Source: Eledone cirrhosa (Eukaryota). Taken from it: 64,000 bases of DNA. The translations under genes were made by a program, and so were the position numbers. A model generated the notes under the pieces. It was not told the DNA's origin and did no database searches. It saw only the letters and a program-made list of their open reading frames with translations. The DNA lies in assembly GCA_964016885.1 (NCBI GenBank), contig OZ024745.1:59520001-59584000 (forward strand), given 5' to 3'. Shown here in pieces: positions 28,301 through 42,949 of the stretch. The first letter of the stretch is position 1; the number at the start of each line of letters is the position of its first letter.

Positions 28301-31300
28301 TCGACTTGGAGTGAAAACCTCGACTTGGAGTGAAAACCTCGACTTGGAGTGAGAACCTCGACTTGGAGTGAAAACCTCGACTTGGAGTGAGAACCTCGAC
28401 TTGGAGTGAAAACCTCGACTTGGAGTGAGAACCTCGACTTGGAGTGAAAACCTCGACTTGGAGTGAGAACCTCGACTTGGAGTGAAAACCTCGACTTGGA
28501 GTGAAAACCTCGATTTGGAGTGAAAACCTAGACTTGGAGTGAAAACCTAGACTTGGAGTGAAAACCTCGATTTGGAGTGAAAACCTCGACTTGGAGTGAG
28601 AACCTCGACTTGGAGTGAGAACCTCGACTTGGAGTGAAAACCTCGACTTGGAGTGAAAACCTCGACTTGGAGTGAGAACCTCGACTTGGAGTGAAAACCT
28701 CGACTTGGAGTGAAAACCTCGACTTGGAGTGAAAACCTCGACTTGGAGTGAAAACCTCGACTTGGAGTGAGAACCTCGACTTGGAGTGAAAACCTCGACT
28801 TGGAGTGAAAACCTCGACTTGGAGTGAAAACCTCGACTTGGAGTGAAAACCTCGACTTGGAGTGAAAACCTCGATTTGGAGTGAAAACCTCGACTTGGAG
28901 TGAGAACCTCGACTTGGAGTGAGAACCTCGACTTGGAGTGAAAACCTCGACTTGGAGTGAAAACCTCGACTTGGAGTGAGAACCTCGACTTGGAGTGAAA
29001 ACCTCGACTTGGAGTGAAAACCTCGACTTGGAGTGAAAACCTCGACTTGGAGTGAAAACCTCGACTTGGAGTGAAAACCTCGACATGGAGTGAAAACCTC
29101 GACTTGGAGTGAGAACCTCGACTTGGAGTGAAAACCTCGACTTGGAGTGAGAACCTCGACTTGGAGTGAAAACCTCGACTTGGAGTGAGAACCTCGACTT
29201 GGAGTGAGAACCTCGACTTGGAGTGAAAACCTCGACTTGGAGTGAAAACCTCGACTTGGAGTGAGAACCTCGACTTGGAGTGAGAACCTCGACTTGGAGT
29301 GAAAACCTCGACATGGAGTGAGAACCTCGACTTGGAGTGAAAACCTCGACATGGAGTGAAAACCTCGACTTGGAGTGAGAACCTCGACTTGGAGTGAGAA
29401 CCTCGACTTGGAGTGAGAACCTCGCCTTGGAGTGAAAACCTCGACTTTGAGTGAGAACCTCGATTGGAGTGAAAACCTCGACTTGGAGTGAAAACCTCGA
29501 CTTGGAGTGAGAACCTCGACTTGGAGTGAAAACCTCGGCTTGGAGTGGGAACCTCGACTTGGAGTGAAAACCTCGACTTGGAGTGAAAACCTCGGCTTGG
29601 AGTGAGAACCTCGGCTTGGAGTGAAAACCTCGACTTGGAGTGAAAACCTCGACTTGGAGTGAGAACCTCGAGTTGGAGTGAAAACCTCGACTTGGAGTGA
29701 GAACCTCGACTTGGAGTGAGAACCTCGACTTGGAGTGAAAACCTCGACTTGGAGTGAAAACCTCGACTTGGAGTGAAAACCTCGACTTGGAGTGAGAACC
29801 TCGACTTGGAGTGAAAACCTCGACTTGGAGTGAGAACCTCGACTTGGAGTGAAAACCTCGACTTGGAGTGAGAACCTCGACTTGGAGTGAAAACCTCGAC
29901 TTGGAGTGAGAACCTCGACTTGGAGTGAAAACCTCGACTTGGAGTGAAAACCTCGATTTGGAGTGAAAACCTAGACTTGGAGTGAAAACCTAGACTTGGA
30001 GTGAAAACCTCGATTTGGAGTGAAAACCTCGACTTGGAGTGAGAACCTCGACTTGGAGTGAGAACCTCGACTTGGAGTGAAAACCTCGACTTGGAGTGAA
30101 AACCTCGACTTGGAGTGAAAACCTCGACTTGGAGTGAGAACCTCGACTTGGAGTGAAAACCTCGACTTGGAGTGAAAACCTCGACTTGGAGTGAAAACCT
30201 CGACTTGGAGTGAAAACCTCGACTTGGAGTGAAAACCTCGATTTGGAGTGAAAACCTCGACTTGGAGTGAGAACCTCGACTTGGAGTGAGAACCTCGACT
30301 TGGAGTGAAAACCTCGACTTGGAGTGAAAACCTCGACTTGGAGTGAGAACCTCGACTTGGAGTGAAAACCTCGACTTGGAGTGAAAACCTCGACTTGGAG
30401 TGAAAACCTCGACTTGGAGTGAGAACCTCGACTTGGAGTGAAAACCTCGACTTGGAGTGAAAACCTCGACTTGGAGTGAAAACCTCGACTTGGAGTGAAA
30501 ACCTCGACATGGAGTGAAAACCTCGACTTGGAGTGAGAACCTCGACTTGGAGTGAAAACCTCGACTTGGAGTGAGAACCTCGACTTGGAGTGAAAACCTC
30601 GACTTGGAGTGAAAACCTCGACTTGGAGTGAGAACCTCGACTTGGAGTGAGAACCTCGACTTGGAGTGAAAACCTCGACTTGGAGTGAAAACCTCGACTT
30701 GGAGTGAGAACCTCGACTTGGAGTGAGAACCTCGACTTGGAGTGAAAACCTCGACATGGAGTGAGAACCTCGACTTGGAGTGAAAACCTCGACATGGAGT
30801 GAAAACCTCGACTTGGAGTGAGAACCTCGACTTGGAGTGAGAACCTCGACTTGGAGTGAGAACCTCGCCTTGGAGTGAAAACCTCGACTTTGAGTGAGAA
30901 CCTCGATTGGAGTGAAAACCTCGACTTGGAGTGAAAACCTCGACTTGGAGTGAGAACCTCGACTTGGAGTGAAAACCTCGGCTTGGAGTGGGAACCTCGA
31001 CTTGGAGTGAAAACCTCGACTTGGAGTGAAAACCTCGGCTTGGAGTGAGAACCTCGGCTTGGAGTGAAAACCTCGACTTGGAGTGAAAACCTCGACTTGG
31101 AGTGAGAACCTCGAGTTGGAGTGAAAACCTCGACTTGGAGTGAGAACCTCGACTTGGAGTGAGAACCTCGACTTGGGGTGAAAACCTCGACTTGGAGTGA
31201 AAACCTCGACTTGGAGTGAAAACCTCGACTTGGAGTGAGAACCTCGACTTGGAGTGAAAACCTCGACTTGGAGTGAGAACCTCGACTTGGAGTGAAAACC

Positions 31301-34000
31301 TCGACTTGGAGTGAGAACCTCGACTTGGAGTGAAAACCTCGACTTGGAGTGAGAACCTCGACTTGGAGTGAAAACCTCGACTTGGAGTGAGAACCTCGAC
31401 TTGGAGTGAGAACCTCGACTTGGAGTGAAAAACTCGACATGGAGTGAAAACCTCAACTTGGAGTGAGAACCTCGACTTGGAGTGAAAACCTCGACTTGGA
31501 GTGAAAACCTCGACTTGGAGTGAAAACCTCGACTTGGAGTGAGAACCTCGCCTTGGAGTGAAAACCTCGCCTTGGAGTGAAAACCTCGACTTTGAGTGAG
31601 AACCTCGATTGGAGTGAAAACCTCGACTTGGAGTGAGAACCTCGACTTGGAGTGAGAACCTCGACTTGGAGTGAAAACCTCGACTTGGAGTGAGAACCTC
31701 GACTTGGAGTGAAAACCTCGACTTGGAGTGAAAACCTCGGCTTGGAGTGAAAACCTCGACTTGGAGTGAGAACCTCGAGTTGGAGTGAAAACCTCGACTT
31801 GGAGTGAGAACCTCGACTTGGAGTGAGAACCTCGACTTGGAGTGAGAACCTCGACTTGGAGTGAAAACCTCGACTTGGAGTGAGAACCTCGACTTGGAGT
31901 GAAAACCTCGACTTGGAGTGAGAACCTCGACTTGGAGTGAAAACCTCGACTTGGAGTGAGAACCTCGACTTGGAGTGAGAACCTCGACTTGGAGTGAAAA
32001 CCTCGACTTGGAGTGAGAACCTCGACTTGGAGTGAAAACCTCGACTTGGAGTGAAAACCTCGACTTGGAGTGAAAACCTCGACTTGGAGTGAAAACCTCG
32101 ATTTGGAGTGAAAACCTCGACTTGGAGTGAAAACCTCGACTTGGAGTGAAAACCTCGATTTGGAGTGAAAACCTCGACTTGGAGTGAAAACCTCGACTTG
32201 GAGTGAGAACCTCGACTTGGAGTGAGAACCTCGACTTGGAGTGAAAAACTCGACATGGAGTGAAAAACTCGACATGGAGTGAAAACCTCAACTTGGAGTG
32301 AGAACCTCGACTTGGAGTGAAAACCTCGACTTGGAGTGAAAACCTCGACTTGGAGTGAAAACCTCGACTTGGAGTGAGAACCTCGCCTTGGAGTGAAAAC
32401 CTCGCCTTGGAGTGAAAACCTCGACTTTGAGTGAGAACCTCGATTGGAGTGAAAACCTCGACTTGGAGTGAGAACCTCGACTTGGAGTGAGAACCTCGAC
32501 TTGGAGTGAAAACCTCGACTTGGAGTGAGAACCTCGACTTGGAGTGAAAACCTAGACTTGGAGTGAAAACCTCGGCTTGGAGTGAAAACCTCGACTTGGA
32601 GTGAGAACCTCGAGTTGGAGTGAAAACCTCGACTTGGAGTGAGAACCTCGACTTGGAGTGAGAACCTCGACTTGGAGTGAGAACCTCGACTTGGAGTGAA
32701 AACCTCGACTTGGAGTGAGAACCTCGACTTGGAGTGAGAACCTCGACTTGGAGTGAGAACCTCGACTTGGAGTGAGAACCTCGACTTGGAGTGAGAACCT
32801 CGACTTGGAGTGAAAACCTCGACTTGGAGTGAAAACCTCGACTTGGAGTGAAAACCTCGACTTGGAGTGAAAACCTCGACTTGGAGTGAAAACCTCGACT
32901 TGGAGTGAAAACCTCGACTTGGAGTGAAAACCTCGACTTGGAGTGAAAACCTCGACTTGGAGTGAAAACCTCGACTTGGAGTGAGAACCTCGACTTGGAG
33001 TGAAAACCTCGACTTGGAGTGAAAACCTCGACTTGGAGTGAAAACCTCGACTTGGAGTGAAAACCTCGACTTGGAGTGAAAACCTCGACTTGGAGTGAGA
33101 ACCTCGACTTGGAGTGAAAACCTCGACTTGAAGTGAGAACCTCGATTTGAAGTGAGAACCTCGACTTGGAGTGAGAACCTCGACTTGGAGTGAGAACCTC
33201 GACTTGGAGTGAGAACCTCGACTTGGAGTGAGAACCTCGCCTTGGAGTGAGAACCTCGCCTTGGAGTGAAAACCTCGCCTTGGAGTGAAAACCTCGACTT
33301 TGAGTGAGAACCTCGCCTTGGAGTGAAAACCTCGACTTGGAGTGAAAACCTCGACTTGGAGTGAAAACCTCGACTTGGAGTGAAAACCTCGACTTGGAGT
33401 GAAAACCTCGACTTGGAGTGAAAACCTCGACTTGGAGTGAAAACCTCGATTTGGAGTGAAAACCTAGACTTGGAGTGAAAACCTAGACTTGGAGTGAAAA
33501 CCTCGATTTGGAGTGAAAACCTAGACTTGGAGTGAGAACCTCGACTTGGAGTGAGAACCTCGACTTGGAGTGAAAACCTCGACTTGGAGTGAAAACCTCG
33601 ACTTGGAGTGAGAACCTCGACTTGGAGTGAAAACGTCGACTTGGAGTGAAAACCTCGACTTGGAGTGAAAACCTCGACTTGGAGTGAGAACCTCGACTTG
33701 GAGTGAAAACCTCGACTTGGAGTGAAAACCTCGACTTGGAGTGAAAACCTCGACTTGGAGTGAAAACCTCGACATGGAGTGAAAACCTCGACTTGGAGTG
33801 AGAACCTCGACTTGGAGTGAGAACCTCGACTTGGAGTGAAAACCTCGACTTGGAGTGAGAACCTTGACTTGGAGTGAAAACCTCGACTTGGAGTGAAAAC
33901 CTCGACTTGGAGTGAGAACCTCGACTTGGAGTGAGAACCTCGACTTGGAGTGAAAACCTCGACTTGGAGTGAAAACCTCGACTTGGAGTGAGAACCTCGA
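25400..34000. repeat. About 6-kb-offset duplication (25.4-28.0 kb vs 31.4-34.0 kb), each copy holding an internal about 0.8-kb duplication
   Basis: Marker AAAAACTCGACATGG...CCTCAAC at 25490 and 26287 (797 apart) and at 31451 and 32286 (835 apart). TTGAAGTG pair at 27091 vs 33128. Offsets range from 5961 to 6037. Confidence 0.85.
27380..31150. repeat. 1,443-bp (76-monomer) higher-order repeat, about 2.6 tandem copies
   Basis: 18-bp deletion monomer at 28015, 29458 and 30901, and CTCGAG variant at 28224, 29667 and 31110. All spacings are exactly 1443 = 76x19-1. The GGCTTGGAGTGGGAACC marker is co-periodic. Confidence 0.9.
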
Positions 34001-37000
34001 CTTGGAGTGAAAACCTCGGCTTGGAGTGGCAACCTCGACTTGGAGTGAAAACCTCGACTTGGAGTGAAAACCTCGGCTTGGAGTGAGAACCTCGGCTTGG
34101 AGTGAAAACCTCGACTTGGAGTGAAAACCTCGACTTGGAGTGAGAACCTCGAGTTGGAGTGAAAACCTCGACTTGGAGTGAGAACCTCGACTTGGAGTGA
34201 GAACCTCGACTTGGAGTGAAAACCTCGACTTGGAGTGAGAACCTCGACTTGGAGTGAAAACCTCGACTTGGAGTGAGAACCTCGACTTGGAGTGAAAACC
34301 TCGACTTGGAGTGAGAACCTCGACTTGGAGTGAAAACCTCGACTTGGAGTGAGAACCTCGACTTGGAGTGAAAACCTCGACTTGGAGTGAGAACCTCGAC
34401 TTGGAGTGAAAACCTCGACTTGGAGTGAGAACCTCGACTTGGAGTGAAAACCTCGACTTGGAGTGAGAACCTCGACTTGGAGTGAAAACCTCGACTTGGA
34501 GTGAGAACCTCGACTTGGAGTGAAAACCTCGACTTGGAGTGAAAACCTCGACTTGGAGTGAAAACCTCGACTTGGAGTGAGAACCTCGACTTGGAGTGAA
34601 AACCTCGACTTGGAGTGAGAACCTCGACTTGGAGTGAAAACCTCGACTTGGAGTGAAAACCTCGGCTTGGAGTGAAAACCTTGACTTGGAGTGAAAACCT
34701 CGGCTTGGAGTGAAAACCTTGACTTGGAGTGAAAACCTCGACTTGGAGTGAGAACCTCGACTTGGAGTGAAAACCTCGACTTGGAGTGAGAACCTCGACT
34801 TGGAGTGAGAACCTCGACTTGGAGTGAAAACCTCGACTTGGAGTGAGAACCTCGATTTGGTGTGAAAACCTCGACTTGGAGTGAGAACCTCGATTTGGTG
34901 TGAAAACCTCGACTTGGAGTGAGAACCTCGATTTGGTGTGAAAACCTCGACTTGGAGTGAGAACCTCGATTTGGAGAGAAAACCTCGACTTGGAGTGAGA
35001 ACCTCGATTTGGAGTGAGAACCTCGACTTGGAGTGAAAACCTCGACTTAGAGTGAGAACCTCGACTTGGAGTGAAAACCTCGACTTGGAGTGAGAACCTC
35101 GACTTGGAGTGAAAACCTCGACTTGGAGTGAGAACCTCGACTTGGAGTGAAAACCTCGACTTGGAGTGAGAACCTCGACTTGGAGTGAAAACCTCGACTT
35201 GGAGTGAGAACCTCGACTTGGAGTGAAAACCTCGACTTGGAGTGAAAACCTCGACTTGGAGTGAGAACCTCGACTTGGAGTGAAAACCTCGACTTGGAGT
35301 GAGAACCTCGACTTGGAGTGAAAACCTCGACTTGGAGTGAGAACCTCGACTTGGAGTGAAAACCTCGACTTGGAGTGAAAACCTCGCCTTGGAGTGAAAA
35401 CCTCGACTTGGAGTGAAAACCTCGACTTGGAGTGAAAACCTCGACTTGGAGTGAAAACCTCGACTTGGAGTGAAAACCTCGACTTGGAGTGAAAACCTCG
35501 ACTTGGAGTGAGAACCTCGACTTGGAGTGAAAACCTCGACTTGGAGTGAGAACCTCGACTTGGAGTGAAAACCTCGACTTGGAGTGAAAACCTCGACTTG
35601 GAGTGAGAACCTCGACTTGGAGTGAGAACCTCGACTTGGAGTGAAAACCTCGACTTGGAGTGAAAACCTCGACTTGGAGTGAGAACCTCGACTTGGAGTG
35701 AGAACCTCGACTTGGAGTGAAAACCTCGACATGGAGTGAGAACCTCGACTTGGAGTGAAAACCTCGACATGGAGTGAAAACCTCGACTTGGAGTGAGAAC
35801 CTCGACTTGGAGTGAGAACCTCGACTTGGAGTGAGAACCTCGCCTTGGAGTGAAAACCTCGACTTTGAGTGAGAACCTCGATTGGAGTGAAAACCTCGAC
35901 TTGGAGTGAAAACCTCGACTTGGAGTGAGAACCTCGACTTGGAGTGAAAACCTCGGCTTGGAGTGGGAACCTCGACTTGGAGTGAAAACCTCGACTTGGA
36001 GTGAAAACCTCGGCTTGGAGTGAGAACCTCGGCTTGGAGTGAAAACCTCGACTTGGAGTGAAAACCTCGACTTGGAGTGAAAACCTCGACTTGGAGTGAA
36101 AACCTCGACTTGGAGTGAGAACCTCGACTTGGAGTGAGAACCTCGACTTGGAGTGAAAACCTCGACTTGGAGTGAGAACCTCGACTTGGAGTGAAAACCT
36201 CGACTTGGAGTGAGAACCTCGACTTGGAGTGAAAACCTCGACTTGGAGTGAGAACCTCGACTTGGAGTGAAAACCTCGACTTGGAGTGAGAACCTCGACT
36301 TGGAGTGAAAACCTCGACTTGGAGTGAGAACCTCGACTTGGAGTGAAAACCTCGACTTGGAGTGAAAACCTCGACTTGGAGTGAGAACCTCGACTTGGAG
36401 TGAAAACCTCGACTTGGAGTGAGAACCTCGACTTGGAGTGAAAACCTCGACTTGGAGTGAAAACCTCGGCTTGGAGTGAAAACCTTGACTTGGAGTGAAA
36501 ACCTCGGCTTGGAGTGAAAACCTTGACTTGGAGTGAAAACCTCGACTTGGAGTGAGAACCTCGACTTGGAGTGAAAACCTCGACTTGGAGTGAGAACCTC
36601 GACTTGGAGTGAGAACCTCGACTTGGAGTGAAAACCTCGACTTGGAGTGAGAACCTCGACTTGGAGTGAAAACCTCGACTTGGAGTGAGAACCTCGATTT
36701 GGTGTGAAAACCTCGACTTGGAGTGAGAACCTCGATTTGGTGTGAAAACCTCGACTTGGAGTGAGAACCTCGATTTGGTGTGAAAACCTCGACTTGGAGT
36801 GAGAACCTCGATTTGGTGTGAAAACCTCGACTTGGAGTGAGAACCTCGATTTGGAGTGAGAACCTCGACTTGGAGTGAAAACCTCGACTTAGAGTGAGAA
36901 CCTCGACTTGGAGTGAAAACCTCGACTTGGAGTGAGAACCTCGACTTGGAGTGAAAACCTCGACTTGGAGTGAGAACCTCGACTTGGAGTGAAAACCTCG

Positions 37001-40000
37001 ACTTGGAGTGAGAACCTCGACTTGGAGTGAAAACCTCGACTTGGAGTGAGAACCTCGACTTGGAGTGAAAACCTCGACTTGGAGTGAAAACCTCGACTTG
37101 GAGTGAGAACCTCGACTTGGAGTGAAAACCTCGACTTGGAGTGAGAACCTCGACTTGGAGTGAAAACCTCGACTTGGAGTGAGAACCTCGACTTGGAGTG
37201 AGAACCTCGACTTGGAGTGAGAACCTCGACTTGGAGTGAAAACCTCGACATGGAGTGAAAACCTCGACTTGGAGTGAGAACCTCGACTTGGAGTGAGAAC
37301 CTCGACTTGGAGTGAGAACCTCGCCTTGGAGTGAAAACCTCGACTTTGAGTGAGAACCTCGATTGGAGTGAAAACCTCGACTTGGAGTGAAAACCTCGAC
37401 TTGGAGTGAGAACCTCGACTTGGAGTGAAAACCTCGGCTTGGAGTGGGAACCTCGACTTGGAGTGAAAACCTCGACTTGGAGTGAAAACCTCGGCTTGGA
37501 GTGAGAACCTCGGCTTGGAGTGAAAACCTCGACTTGGAGTGAAAACCTCGACTTGGAGTGAAAACCTCGACTTGGAGTGAAAACCTCGACTTGGAGTGAG
37601 AACCTCGACTTGGAGTGAGAACCTCGACTTGGAGTGAAAACCTCGACTTGGAGTGAGAACCTCGACTTGGAGTGAAAACCTCGACTTGGAGTGAGAACCT
37701 CGACTTGGAGTGAAAACCTCGACTTGGAGTGAGAACCTCGACTTGGAGTGAAAACCTCGACTTGGAGTGAGAACCTCGACTTGGAGTGAAAACCTCGACT
37801 TGGAGTGAGAACCTCGACTTGGAGTGAAAACCTCGACTTGGAGTGAAAACCTCGACTTGGAGTGAAAACCTCGGCTTGGAGTGAAAACCTTGACTTGGAG
37901 TGAAAACCTCGGCTTGGAGTGAAAACCTTGACTTGGAGTGAAAACCTCGACTTGGAGTGAGAACCTCGACTTGGAGTGAAAACCTCGACTTGGAGTGAGA
38001 ACCTCGACTTGGAGTGAGAACCTCGACTTGGAGTGAAAACCTCGACTTGGAGTGAGAACCTCGACTTGGAGTGAAAACCTCGACTTGGAGTGAGAACCTC
38101 GATTTGGTGTGAAAACCTCGACTTGGAGTGAGAACCTCGATTTGGTGTGAAAACCTCGACTTGGAGTGAGAACCTCGATTTGGTGTGAAAACCTCGACTT
38201 GGAGTGAGAACCTCGATTTGGTGTGAAAACCTCGACTTGGAGTGAGAACCTCGATTTGGAGTGAGAACCTCGACTTGGAGTGAAAACCTCGACTTAGAGT
38301 GAGAACCTCGACTTGGAGTGAAAACCTCGACTTGGAGTGAGAACCTCGACTTGGAGTGAAAACCTCGACTTGGAGTGAGAACCTCGACTTGGAGTGAAAA
38401 CCTCGACTTGGAGTGAGAACCTCGACTTGGAGTGAAAACCTCGACTTGGAGTGAGAACCTCGACTTGGAGTGAAAACCTCGACTTGGAGTGAAAACCTCG
38501 ACTTGGAGTGAGAACCTCGACTTGGAGTGAAAACCTCGACTTGGAGTGAGAACCTCGACTTGGAGTGAAAACCTCGACTTGGAGTGAGAACCTCGACTTG
38601 GAGTGAGAACCTCGACTTGGAGTGAGAACCTCGACTTGGAGTGAAAACCTCGACATGGAGTGAAAACCTCGACTTGGAGTGAGAACCTCGACTTGGAGTG
38701 AGAACCTCGACTTGGAGTGAGAACCTCGCCTTGGAGTGAAAACCTCGACTTTGAGTGAGAACCTCGATTGGAGTGAAAACCTCGACTTGGAGTGAAAACC
38801 TCGACTTGGAGTGAGAACCTCGACTTGGAGTGAAAACCTCGGCTTGGAGTGGGAACCTCGACTTGGAGTGAAAACCTCGACTTGGAGTGAAAACCTCGGC
38901 TTGGAGTGAGAACCTCGGCTTGGAGTGAAAACCTCGACTTGGAGTGAAAACCTCGACTTGGAGTGAAAACCTCGACTTGGAGTGAAAACCTCGACTTGGA
39001 GTGAGAACCTCGACTTGGAGTGAGAACCTCGACTTGGAGTGAAAACCTCGACTTGGAGTGAGAACCTCGACTTGGAGTGAAAACCTCGACTTGGAGTGAG
39101 AACCTCGACTTGGAGTGAAAACCTCGACTTGGAGTGAGAACCTCGACTTGGAGTGAAAACCTCGACTTGGAGTGAGAACCTCGACTTGGAGTGAAAACCT
39201 CGACTTGGAGTGAGAACCTCGACTTGGAGTGAAAACCTCGACTTGGAGTGAAAACCTCGACTTGGAGTGAGAACCTCGACTTGGAGTGAAAACCTCGACT
39301 TGGAGTGAGAACCTCGACTTGGAGTGAAAACCTCGACTTGGAGTGAAAACCTCGGCTTGGAGTGAAAACCTTGACTTGGAGTGAAAACCTCGGCTTGGAG
39401 TGAAAACCTTGACTTGGAGTGAAAACCTCGACTTGGAGTGAGAACCTCGACTTGGAGTGAAAACCTCGACTTGGAGTGAGAACCTCGACTTGGAGTGAGA
39501 ACCTCGACTTGGAGTGAAAACCTCGACTTGGAGTGAGAACCTCGACTTGGAGTGAAAACCTCGACTTGGAGTGAGAACCTCGATTTGGTGTGAAAACCTC
39601 GACTTGGAGTGAGAACCTCGATTTGGTGTGAAAACCTCGACTTGGAGTGAGAACCTCGATTTGGTGTGAAAACCTCGACTTGGAGTGAGAACCTCGATTT
39701 GGTGTGAAAACCTCGACTTGGAGTGAGAACCTCGATTTGGAGTGAGAACCTCGACTTGGAGTGAAAACCTCGACTTAGAGTGAGAACCTCGACTTGGAGT
39801 GAAAACCTCGACTTGGAGTGAGAACCTCGACTTGGAGTGAAAACCTCGACTTGGAGTGAGAACCTCGACTTGGAGTGAAAACCTCGACTTGGAGTGAGAA
39901 CCTCGACTTGGAGTGAAAACCTCGACTTGGAGTGAGAACCTCGACTTGGAGTGAAAACCTCGACTTGGAGTGAAGACCTCGACTTGGAGTGAGAACCTCG

Positions 40001-42700
40001 ACTTGGAGTGAAAACCTCGACTTGGAGTGAGAACCTCGACTTGGAGTGAAAACCTCGACTTGGAGTGAGAACCTCGACTTGGAGTGAAAACCTCGACTTG
40101 GAGTGAAAACCTCGACTTGGAGTGAAAACCTCGCCTTGGAGTGAAAACCTCGACTTGGAGTGAAAACCTCGACTTGGAGTGAAAACCTCGACTTGGAGTG
40201 AAAACCTCGACTTGGAGTGAAAACCTCGACTTGGAGTGAAAACCTCGATTTGGAGTGAAAACCTCGATTTGGAGTGAAAACCTCGACTTGGAGTGAGAAC
40301 CTCGACTTGGAGTGAGAACCTCGAGTTGGAGTGAGAACCTCGACTTGGAGTGAAAACCTCGACTTGGAGTGAGAACCTCGACTTGGAGTGAAAACCTCGA
40401 CTTGGAGTGAGAACCTCGACTTGGAGTGAAAACCTCGACTTGGAGTGAGAACCTCGCCTTGGAGTGAAAACCTCGACTTGGAGTGAGAACCTCGCCTTGG
40501 AGTGAAAACCTCGACTTGGAGTGAGAACCTCGCCTTGGAGTGAAAACCTCGACTTGGAGTGAGAACCTCGCCTTGGAGTGAAAACCTCGACTTGGAGTGA
40601 GAACCTCGACTTGGAGTGAAAACCTCGACTTGGAGTGAGAACCTCGACTTGGAGTGAAAACCTCGACTTGGAGTGAGAACCTCGACTTGGAGTGAGAACC
40701 TCGACTTGGAGTGAGAACCTCGACTTGGAGTGAAAACCTCGACATGGAGTGAAAACCTCGACTTGGAGTGAGAACCTCGACTTGGAGTGAGAACCTCGAC
40801 TTGGAGTGAGAACCTCGCCTTGGAGTGAAAACCTCGACTTTGAGTGAGAACCTCGATTGGAGTGAAAACCTCGACTTGGAGTGAAAACCTCGACTTGGAG
40901 TGAGAACCTCGACTTGGAGTGAAAACCTCGGCTTGGAGTGGGAACCTCGACTTGGAGTGAAAACCTCGACTTGGAGTGAAAACCTCGGCTTGGAGTGAGA
41001 ACCTCGGCTTGGAGTGAAAACCTCGACTTGGAGTGAAAACCTCGACTTGGAGTGAAAACCTCGACTTGGAGTGAAAACCTCGACTTGGAGTGAGAACCTC
41101 GACTTGGAGTGAGAACCTCGACTTGGAGTGAAAACCTCGACTTGGAGTGAGAACCTCGACTTGGAGTGAAAACCTCGACTTGGAGTGAGAACCTCGACTT
41201 GGAGTGAAAACCTCGACTTGGAGTGAGAACCTCGACTTGGAGTGAAAACCTCGACTTGGAGTGAGAACCTCGACTTGGAGTGAAAACCTCGACTTGGAGT
41301 GAAAACCTCGACTTGGAGTGAAAACCTCGACTTGGAGTGAGAACCTCGACTTGGAGTGAAAACCTCGACTTGGAGTGAAAACCTCGACTTGGAGTGAGAA
41401 CCTCGACTTGGAGTGAAAACCTCGACTTGGAGTGAAAACCTCGGCTTGGAGTGAAAACCTTGACTTGGAGTGAAAACCTCGGCTTGGAGTGAAAACCTTG
41501 ACTTGGAGTGAAAACCTCGACTTGGAGTGAGAACCTCGACTTGGAGTGAAAACCTCGACTTGGAGTGAGAACCTCGACTTGGAGTGAGAACCTCGACTTG
41601 GAGTGAAAACCTCGACTTGGAGTGAGAACCTCGACTTGGTGTGAAAACCTCGACTTGGAGTGTGAAACTCGATTTGGTGTGAAAACCTCGACTTGGAGTG
41701 AGAACCTCGATTTGGTGTGAAAACCTCGACTTGGAGTGAGAACCTCGATTTGGTGTGAAAACCTCGACTTGGAGTGAGAACCTCGATTTGGTGTGAAAAT
41801 CTCGACTTGGAGTGAGAACCTCGATTTGGAGTGAGAACCTCGACTTGGAGTGAAAACCTCGACTTAGAGTGAGAACCTCGACTTGGAGTGAAAACCTCGA
41901 CTTGGAGTGAGAACCTCGACTTGGAGTGAAAACCTCGACTTGGAGTGAGAACCTCGACTTGGAGTGAAAACCTCGACTTGGAGTGAGAACCTCGACTTGG
42001 AGTGAAAACCTCGACTTGGAGTGAGAACCTCGACTTGGAGTGAAAACCTCGACTTGGAGTGAAGACCTCGACTTGGAGTGAGAACCTCGACTTGGAGTGA
42101 AAACCTCGACTTGGAGTGAGAACCTCGACTTGGAGTGAAAACCTCGACTTGGAGTGAGAACCTCGACTTGGAGTGAAAACCTCGACTTGGAGTGAAAACC
42201 TCGACTTGGAGTGAAAACCTCGCCTTGGAGTGAAAACCTCGACTTGGAGTGAAAACCTCGACTTGGAGTGAAAACCTCGACTTGGAGTGAAAACCTCGAC
42301 TTGGAGTGAAAACCTCGACTTGGAGTGAGAACCTCGACTTGGAGTGAAAACCTCGATTTGGAGTGAAAACCTCGATTTGGAGTGAAAACCTCGACTTGGA
42401 GTGAGAACCTCGACTTGGAGTGAGAACCTCGAGTTGGAGTGAGAACCTCGACTTGGAGTGAAAACCTCGACTTGGAGTGAGAACCTCGACTTGGAGTGAA
42501 AACCTCGACTTGGAGTGAGAACCTCGACTTGGAGTGAAAACCTCGACTTGGAGTGAGAACCTCGCCTTGGAGTGAAAACCTCGACTTGGAGTGAGAACCT
42601 CGCCTTGGAGTGAAAACCTCGACTTGGAGTGAGAACCTCGCCTTGGAGTGAAAACCTCGACTTGGAGTGAGAACCTCGCCTTGGAGTGAAAACCTCGACT
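34000..42700. repeat. Variable-length HOR family (1.4-2.1 kb, about 5 copies) marked by GATTTGGTGTG cassettes, GGCTT/CCTTGAC doublets and CTTAGAG
   Basis: CTTAGAG variant (TTA at 35047, 36889, 38294, 39775, 41864) has spacings 1842, 1405, 1481 and 2089, each equal to n x 19 - 1. The 18-bp monomer occurs at 35876, 37357, 38762 and 40851. Confidence 0.88.
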
Positions 42701-42949
42701 TGGAGTGAAAACCTCGACTTGGAGTGAGAACCTCGACTTGGAGTGAAAACCTCGACTTGGAGTGAGAACCTCGACTTGGAGTGAAAACCTCGACTTGGAG
42801 TGAGAACCTCGACTTGGAGTGAAAACCTCGACTTGGAGTGAAAACCTCGACTTGGAGTGAAAACCTCGACTTGGAGTGAAAACCTCGACTTGGAGTGAAA
42901 ACCTCGATTTGGAGTGAAAACCTCGATTTGGAGTGAAAACCTCGACTTG

